Shown piece by piece: positions 56,301-64,000 of a stretch of 64,000 nt of DNA (positions are counted from its first letter, which is position 1; the number at the start of each line of letters is the position of its first letter). Origin of the DNA: Macrostomum lignano (taxonomy: Eukaryota); NCBI GenBank assembly GCA_002269645.1, contig NIVC01000570.1, forward strand, positions 124,001 through 188,000, in the 5' to 3' direction. The notes under the pieces were generated by a model. It ran no database searches. It was not told the origin of the DNA and saw only the letters and a program-made list of their open reading frames with translations. The position numbers were made by a program, and so were the translations under genes.

Positions 56301-59300
56301 GCAGGGGAGAGAGTCAGCAGGGGAGAGAGTCAGCAGGGGAGAGAGTCAGCAGGGGAGAGAGTCAGCAGGGGAGAGAGTCAGCAGGGGAGAGAGTCAGCAG
56401 GGGAGAGAGTCAGCAGGGGAGAGAGTCAGCAGGGGAGAGAGTCAGCAGGGGAGAGAGTCAGCAGGGGAGAGAGTCAGCAGGGGAGAGAGTCAGCACGGAA
56501 GAGAGTCAGCAGGGGAGAGAGTCAGTAGGGGAGAGAGTCAGCAGGGGAGAGAGTCAGCATAGTCAGGGAGTCAGGAGGAAAAGCCACCAGCGGCAAAGCA
56601 GTTCATGCGGGCCCCTGCGGTCACTGCCAGCACAGTTCCTGCGCCCTAGTAAATAACAGACAAGATGTGTCACCCGCACAGACCAACGGGTCAGAAACCC
56701 GTCCCGCTTCAAACGGGATTATATCCTGTCCAGCCGCCACCGTCACACCCTAAAAAGATTTCTGCCCGTCTTCCCCCGCGCTGCAATCCTGGCAGGAAAT
56801 AAAGTTAAAACAGCTGAAAACCTTGCCGTGTTGCCGCCCCTCCCAGCTCCGGTGGTAAACAAGTGACAGAAAGCAAATTGACGATTGCTGCTTCTGCCGC
56901 AGTAGAGCCACCGCCACCCCCCTCAAGAAGCTGCGGCAACATTTCTGCGTGATGAAGCCCGGGTGAAGGAATCAGTTAAACAAACACTGGGAGGCGGGGC
57001 AGGAACTCTTCTAGAAGAAAGCCGCCACAGAAGTAGAAGAAGGTCAACAGAGCCGCTTCTATCGCCTCTGGCGGCTCCATTCTTGGATTGAATTGAACTG
57101 AATTGAACGCGAATTTTGCGCCGTGCAGAGCTCCTGCGAGCTGCCTGCACAAGTTCTTCAGATTGCAGCGGCGGCGCTCTGAATAAACAGAGCCGGCTTG
57201 TTAGCAGCGCTTCCACTGTTTTGGTGCATTGATAATAATAATACTGCACCCGTGCGGCATGGGGACTGGCGGCTCATTGCTCCAGTCAAATAGAAACCAG
57301 CCAGCCAACTCCAGCCAACTCCAGCCAACTCCAGCCAACTCCAACCCACTCCAACCCACTCCAATCCACTCCAAACAACTCCAACCAACTCCAGCCAACT
57401 CCAACCCTCTCCAACACACTCCAATCAACTCCAGCCGACTCCAAACAACTCCAGCCAACTCCAACTCCAACCAACTCCAGCCAACTCCAACCCTCTCCAA
57501 CACACTCCAATCAACTCCAGCCGACTCCAAACAACTCCAGCCAACTCCAACTCCAACCCACTCCAACCAACTCCAGCCGACTCCAACTCTCAACAACCAA
57601 CTCCAGCCAACTCCAGCCAACTCCAACCAACTTCAACTCACTCCAACCCTCACCAAACAACCCGCAGCTGATCGCCACTCGATGCGGCGGTCGTCGCAGC
57701 TGCCGCATCGTGGGCCCCGAGCTGCCGGGCGCTCGAGCCGCCTGCCCGGGCCAGCTGACGCAGCTGACTGTGCGGTTCACCTGCCTGCCAGGTGAGTGCT
57801 GGGCGAGCATAAATAAAGATGAATATTGCAATCCATTTTAAACATGTTTGCGAGCTTTACCGTGAAGACCACTGTAGCTCACAAATCATCTGAAATTCAA
57901 CAAATTTTCTGCCACTGGTGCACTGCAGCGGTGCACACGGTGCTCCTGTGCTCGGGCAGCTACCGACACTTGTCCTGCGAAGAGACCCAGTCGCTGACCA
58001 TCCTTCACGCTCGACTGACCAACAAGTACATCCTGGGCAACTTGAGCTGCCCGGACACGGTCAAAGTTGACTCAGGGTACGCCGTCTGTCCCGACCGAGA
58101 CATGACCAACCCGTTTAACAGTCTGTGCCGCCGCAACCACCACAGCTGCTCTGTGAAGGCCACGTTTCCTCCTGACAGGGGCTGCGCGCACGCTAACCTA
58201 CTGCTGGTGTACTCTTGTGGTGAGTTATCAGCCAATCAGAGATTAGCTGCAGCAGGAGGGGCAGGGTGGCTGTAAAATGAGACACGGAGCCAGCCAATCA
58301 GGGATTAGCTGCAGTAGGAGGGGGCAGGGTGGCTGTAAAATGAGACACGGAGCCAGCCAATCAGGGATTAGCTGCAGTAGGAGGGGGCAGGGTGGCTGTA
58401 CAATGAGACACTGACTGAGCCAGCCAATCAGAGATTAGCTAAAGTAGGAGGGGGCAGGTGGCTGTACAATGAGACACTGAGCCAGCCTATCAGAGATTAG
58501 CTATAGTAGGAGGGGCAGGTGGCTTTACAATGAGAAACTGAGCTAGCCAATCAGAGATTAGCTACAGTAGGAGGGGCAGGTGGCTGTACAATGAGAAACT
58601 GAGCCAGCCAATCAGAGACTAGCAACATGAACAAGTTTGACAGCCAATCAGAGAGTCGTTTCTAAGTATTTGGCAATATCCAAAATCAGAATGGCCTTTA
58701 TAAGCAGCAATGCATTACCCATCCCAGTGCCCAGCAGTCAGCAGCATGATGGGGCTCTGCCAGACATTGAGGGCACGGAGGCCGATGCCAATCTCAGAGC
58801 CCAGCGGCAACAGCAGCAAAAGCAGAAATTGCAGCAAAATCGCAATAAGAATCGCGTTGTGAACGATCAGGACAGACCTGCCGCAGGTGAGAATCGTTGA
58901 TGCAAATTGAGGCGCTTGGAAATGTAAAAAAACAAACAGACGAAAAAGACGAAGACGAATTATCGACTCCTTACAGCCTGGGTTATCATCTTATTACAGC
59001 CTGGATTATCATCTTATTACAGCCTGGATTATCATCTTATTACAGCCTGGATTATCATCTTATTACAGCCTGGATTATCATCTTATTACAGCCTGGATTA
59101 TCATCTTATTACAGCCTGGATTATCATCTTATTACAGCCTGGATTATCATCTTATTACAGCCTGGATTATCATCTTATTACAGCCTGGATTATCATCTTA
59201 TTACAGCCTGGATTATCATCTTATTACAGCCTGGATCATCATCTTATTACAACCTGGATCATCATCTTATTACAGCCTGGATCATCATCTTAATACAGCC

Positions 59301-61232
59301 TGGATTATCATCTTATTACAGCCTGGATCATCATCTTATTACAGCCTGGATCATCATCTTAATACAGCCTGGATCATCATCTTAATACAGCCTGGATCAT
59401 CATCTTATTACAGCCTGCATTATCATCTTATTACAGCCTGGATTATTATCTTAATACAGCCTGGATTATCATATTATTACAGCCTGGATTATCATCTTAT
59501 TACAGCCTGGATTATCATCTTATTACAGCCTGGATTATCATCTTATTACAGCCTGGATCATCATCTTATTACAGCCTGGATTATCATCTTAATACAGCCT
59601 GGATTATCATCTTTTTACAGCCTGGATTATCGCCCTCTTACAGCCTGGATTATCGCTAACTGCAGTGCAGAACCAAAGCCAAAGTGAACAGAAAAACGAT
59701 TCCTTCTTTTAACAGCGGCCATTAAATAACATCAAAAACTGTTTTTAGCGGCAAAAGTGTCAAAGAAGGCAGGCAACACCTGACGCTGTGCCGAAGGGTC
59801 AGAGAGAGAGGTAGAGAGGGGGGTTTAAATAATGCGCGAGGCTGGTGCCCTTTCAAGCCCGGGGCCAAAGCAAATTGAGGGACCATAAAACAGAAATTCC
59901 GGTTCACTTTGAAAGAATCTGAAATCCCAACTCCAACCACAGATGGCGATATGGCGATGAAGCACGAGGATGGGACAGTTGCCAAGCCGAAGCTGACGCC
60001 CGGGGTGACTGACAACGGTCAAGATGGTGAGCCACTGTGTCTGTATCTATATCTATATCTATATCCATATCCATATGATCCATATCCATATCCATATCTA
60101 CATCCATATCCATATCCATATCCATATCCATATCCATACCCATATCCATATCCATATCCATATCCATACCCATATCCATATCCATATCCATATCCATATC
60201 CATATCCATATCCATATCCATATCCATATCCATATCCATATCCATATCCATATCCATATCCATATCCATATCCATATCCATATCCATATCCATATCCATA
60301 TCCATATCCATATCCATATCTGTATCCATATCCATATCTATATCTATATCCATATCCATATCCATATCCATATCCATATCCATATCCATATCCATATCCA
60401 TACCCATATCCATACCCATATCTGTATCCATATCCATATCCATATCTGTATCCATATCCATATCCATATCTACATCCATATCTATATCTATATCTATATC
60501 CATATTCATAAGAATTGGATAAATGGATCATATGGACAAGGATTATATTCAGACAGATTCTCTTCCTTAATCAGATCCCTATTGATAATCTATCACCGTC
60601 CAGGTCAAGTGGATTTGCTGTTGGTGTCCGCCTGTGGTTGCCTAGCAACCATTCTGCTCATCGGCCTGGTCGCGGTGCTCGCCCTGTCTCGCAGGCGGCA
60701 CATCTTGCAGAGACAGCGGCCGCCTGCGGCAGGAGTTACGGTTGCCAATGGCGACCCGGCTAGACGGAGCCAATTAACGCCCCCAACAGACGCAGGCGCG
60801 AATGCCTACCTGCTGCCGAGGCGTCTGCAGCAGCAGCAGTGCCAGACTCCGATGCAGACAGCCATCAATCGACGGCATCTTCAGCACCGACAGCCCGGCG
60901 GCGGCAGGCGCAGGCGCGACGTCCGCGCCTCTTCGACTCAGTCGCTGGTGCTTGAGCGATGCGCCAGCAGCGGCGGGTGCCCCTCCGAGTCGTCGTTGAG
61001 GTCGGAGCCGCCGCTGCCACCGATGGTGCCGCTGCCGCCGCTGCCGCTGCCGACGCCGCCTCCGCCGCCGACGGTGAGGTTCAGCCAGTACAGCAACCTG
61101 TACGTCTACCAGCCCGTGTCCGGGACTCAGCCGGCCACTGTGCTGTATAATGTGTGGGAGGAGCACCCGACACCACATCCACTGCCACCTCTTCAATCAA
61201 CAGGATCGCCAGGAGCACCCAGTCACGTTTAA
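50357..61232 (+). CDS. Type I membrane protein with two SUEL/galactose-rhamnose-binding lectin domains (EVA-1/EVA1C-like architecture), 7 exons, ~573 aa
   Basis: Exons 50357-50564, 53522-53721, 57668-57791, 57929-58219, 58728-58886, 59916-60026 and 60604-61232 (all GT-AG, 1722 nt in frame). Hydrophobic signal segment; ACSDDPATLSCPPGALLKILGAEFG...C...LIATRCGGRRSC...C...LTVRFTC; a second Cys-patterned domain; TM segment LLLVSACGCLATILLIGLVAVLAL-SRRR; Pro-rich tail. Confidence 0.85.
50618..50900 (+). repeat. 23-bp minisatellite (CGTGAACAGAGTGAACAGGTGAG)
   Basis: Direct repetition; reverse complement of the 53775-54385 unit. Confidence 0.93.
51370..52085. repeat. 21-bp TTAGGG-containing minisatellite (GTGTTAGGGATTAGCGTGAGA) grading into a 42-bp dimer
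   Basis: Direct repetition with progressive change of the unit. Confidence 0.93.
52830..53330. repeat. Polypurine (GA/GGA) tract
   Basis: About 500 bp almost free of pyrimidines. Confidence 0.93.
53775..54385 (-). repeat. 23-bp minisatellite (CTCACCTGTTCACTCTGTTCACG), ~26 copies; inverted relative of 50618-50900
   Basis: Direct repetition. Confidence 0.95.
54800..55585. repeat. 17-bp minisatellite (CTACAGGAATAATCCCC)
   Basis: Direct repetition. Confidence 0.96.
56226..56555. repeat. 17-bp minisatellite (GAGAGAGTCAGCAGGGG)
   Basis: Direct repetition. Confidence 0.96.
57296..57650. repeat. CCAACTCCAG/CCAACT array abutting the lectin exon 3 acceptor
   Basis: Degenerate direct repetition. 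Confidence 0.9.
58229..58650. repeat. ~62-bp tandem repeat carrying AGCCAATCAG
   Basis: Seven perfect AGCCAATCAG motifs plus one variant. Confidence 0.9.
58970..59655. repeat. 23-bp minisatellite (TTACAGCCTGGATTATCATCTTA)
   Basis: Direct repetition. Confidence 0.96.
60040..60505. repeat. (CCATAT)n hexamer microsatellite in lectin intron 6
   Basis: Direct repetition between donor 60027 and acceptor 60603. Confidence 0.97.
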
Positions 61233-61609
61233 TCATATCACATCGTCACAAATGCAATTGTAGAGATCCTCAGCTCTGCCTGAAAAAGGCAGCATTTTTA
61301 ACTAGAAGCTTCTCTGTTTTTCTCAATTTTCTTGAGCACACTGTCATTTGTACACTTGGCCACATTCTTTTATGCGAGAAGCCAAGCAATTTTCATATCT
61401 GCTTGTTTTGGCAATGTGGATGCTTAACTAGGATTACCTTTGTCTATGTCGTTTACTTTTTTGTCTTTAATGAATATCTTTTCTGACCTGTCAATAATAG
61501 AATACATCGATCAAATAAACAAAATAAGGATGCAATTCAGTCGTTTATTAACTAAAAATATGATAGAAATATAAGACGTTGAAAATATATACACGTTGAA
61601 GTACGTGTA

Positions 61610-61965
61610 GGTGGCGGACGGAGAGGGGTTGGGGTGGTGTGTGAGATGTTGGCCCTAGAGAAGGAGTGAGATGGCGGGCGGAGAGGGGGTTTGGGTGGTG
61701 GGGCAGTGTGGTGTTAGCCATAAACAGGGGGAGTGTGTTGGAGGGTGGAGAGGGTGTTGGGGTCGTTGGTGCAGTGGGGCGTTGGCCCTAGACAGGGAGT
61801 GAGGTGGCGGGCGGAGAGGGGTTGGGGTGGTGTGGCAGTGACATGTTGGCCCTAGACAGGGAGTGAGGTGGCGGGCGGAGAGGGGTTGGGGTGGTGTGGC
61901 AGTGATATGTTGGCCCTAGACAGGGAGTGAGGTGGCGGGCGGAGAGGGGCTGGAGCGATGGGTGC
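61610..61965. repeat. ~64-bp G-rich tandem repeat
   Basis: GAGTGAGGTGGCGGGCGGAGAGGGGTTGGGGTGGTGTGGCAGTGACATGTTGGCCCTAGACAGG repeated with divergence. Confidence 0.85.
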
Positions 61966-62629
61966 AGTGAGGTGCGAGTTGCTTGTCCAGAATAAACGCC
62001 ACAAGTGCTAACAAAGTCTATAAACAAAGTCTGTATAATGCAGCAAATTCCAGCTCTATTTCGATGCTCGTTGGCCCAGAAAAAGTTCTCAGACTATTCA
62101 TTCTGGGCAGACGAGCAGACTGCTAGTGGACAGCACAAGCGGAGATTGAGTCGCGCGCGTCTACCAATTCTCTCCTAGCATTGGCCTTCACCACTTGATT
62201 CAGCTTCTGCTCATCTCCCAGTTGCTTATCGAAGGATGTGGAGGATTTTCCCTCTCTTGCCTCATTCAGGGGCTTTGGCTCCATCGCCCCAGCTTTGCGC
62301 TCTGATTAGCTTGTAGTCCCCCCCCCCCGATCTCTCCCGTCTGCACTGCTCCCAAGTGGGCCATTTGCTCCAACGGGGCTGCTGTCTAAATCCCGGCCTT
62401 CTTTAGCATTGTTGCAAGAACTGGAAGAATATCTTGCCGGAAGTTCTCAAGTCTGCGAAACAAGCGGGCCCTCCATCCTACTGATGGAGAGTGAAGCTGA
62501 GAGGATGGGGCTGGGGTGCTTGTGCAGTAAGAATGCAGGCCACTTGAGCTGGGGGCTGTACTGAACTCCACCGATATGTTCCATCCGATTGTCCTTGTCT
62601 CCTCTCCCAGACCTCTCTTTGTCTACTCC

Positions 62630-63350
62630 CCTATATTCTTCACTCTTCCCCACTCTACTCCCCTGTCCCCCACTCTACTCCCGTCTGTCCCCCACTCTAC
62701 TCCCGTCTGTCCCCCACTCTACTCCCCTCTCACCCCACTCTACTCCCCTGTCCCCCACTCTACTCCCCTCTCCCCCCACTCTACTCCCGTGTCCCTCCTC
62801 TCTACTCCCGTGTCCCTCCACTCTACTCCCGTGTCCCTCCACTCTACTCCCCTCTCCCCCCAACCTACTCCCCTCTCCCCCCACTCTACTCCCGTGTCCC
62901 TCCTCTCTACTCCCCTCTCACCCCACTCTACTCCCCTGTCCCCCACTCTACTCCCCTCTCCCCCCACTCTACTCCCGTGTCCCTCCTCTCTACTCCCGTG
63001 TCCCTCCACTCTACTCCCGTGTCCCTCCACTCTACTCCCCTCTCCCCCCAATCTACTCCCCTCTCCCCCCACTCTACTCCCGTGTCCCTCCTCTCTACTC
63101 TCCTGTTCCCCACTCTACTCCCCTGTTTGCCCCCCCTCTACTCCCATGTCCTCCCACTCTACTCCTTCCCCTGTCCTCCCACTCTACTCCTTCCCCTGTC
63201 CTCCCACTCTACTCCTTCCCCTGTCCTCCCACTCTACTCCTTCCCCTGTCCTCCCACTCTACTCCTTCCCCTGTCCTCCCACTCTACTCCTTCCCCTGTC
63301 CTCCCACTCTACTCCTTCCCATGTCCCCCACTTCTCCCACTCTACTGTAC
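62630..63350. repeat. C-rich CACTCTACTCCC minisatellite
   Basis: Degenerate direct repetition. Confidence 0.93.
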
Positions 63351-64000
63351 CCGCCCTTCTCTTTTGTCCTCCACACAATCCCACTCCACACACCATATTT
63401 TATGTTCTAAAAATCTCTTATAACATTTTACAAGCTTATCATACTACTATTGTTTCTGTGTCAGGAGAGTACAACGCATATTTTACTTTTTAAAAATCGA
63501 AACTCTATTTCCATTGAAATTCAACGACGCAATAAAGCTTTCAGCCAGAATCAATTAGCAGAATTGTGAAAGTTTTATTACAGACCCAGGGAATGCATTA
63601 GCGATTTCGGAGTTCAGGTGACCATAAATCATAATTATGATCTGCACTGGTTGAATTTCCGAGTCCATTGAGGCCAGTGCTAATTGATTTCATTATCTAA
63701 TAGCACCTTAATGCGCTCTGAGCACAGAAGGCAATTAAAACTCTCGCTTTTATCTTCTCATCGTACTTTTGATAGAAACTGATAAAAATTTCTTACAGAT
63801 TGGCGCAGAAGTTCAGGCCAATAATTAACTATTTAATTAGTGCACACATTAGGCTGACAAATATCTAACATTGAACACAAAAGATACAGAATTGAAAAAA
63901 ATGCGACTTAAGACTTAAAAGTCTTTTTCCTATAGGGTTGATTTCGAGCCAGAGGATATACAAGTTTTGGGTACAGAAGAGTCAGACACTGATCCCTTTA

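Noticed and set aside
59904-60603. (YP)n, (IH)n, (DM)n and (GY)n ORFs, including the 5' part of the 402-aa ORF
   Set aside because: The (CCATAT)n tract lies within a GT-AG intron (60027-60603); only 60604 onward is coding.
62576-63493. Pro/Leu/Ser/Thr-rich ORFs of 150-305 aa
   Set aside because: Translations of the C-rich minisatellite in all three frames.

Overview
Eukaryotic (metazoan) genomic DNA. It is intron-containing and very rich in minisatellites and small mobile elements; the style resembles a free-living flatworm such as Macrostomum, but that is inference only. Six host genes can be assembled from splice signals and reading phase: an orphan Q-rich exon running off the left edge (138-1418, -), a 3-exon DEG/ENaC channel (11197-23082), a 3-exon calmodulin-like protein (30080-31589), an orphan 2-exon gene (34120-35940, -), a divergent 5-exon Nuclear Factor I-like transcription factor (40312-47143) and a 7-exon EVA-1-like type I membrane protein with two SUEL lectin domains (50357-61232). 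The most unusual object is in ENaC intron 1: a 2.5-kb mini-Polinton/Maverick-like element (13945-16463) with 26-bp AGTAGT-type terminal inverted repeats and a 6-bp target duplication. It has none of the Polinton core genes. It carries four tightly packed, frameshifted viral-style genes: two Polinton-type small ORFs, a DEDD-like exonuclease and a TATA-binding-protein (TBP)-like gene that the ORF track hides across two frames and a stop codon. Also present are a Crypton-like tyrosine-recombinase fragment with a related family of CCATAGAC-palindrome elements, a three-layer nested insertion, MULE and Harbinger-type MITEs, a SINE, a LINE 3' fragment and about 30 tandem arrays. Several arrays are built from splice-site-like units and sit next to exons. 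All family assignments come from motif recognition by eye; no searches were run.
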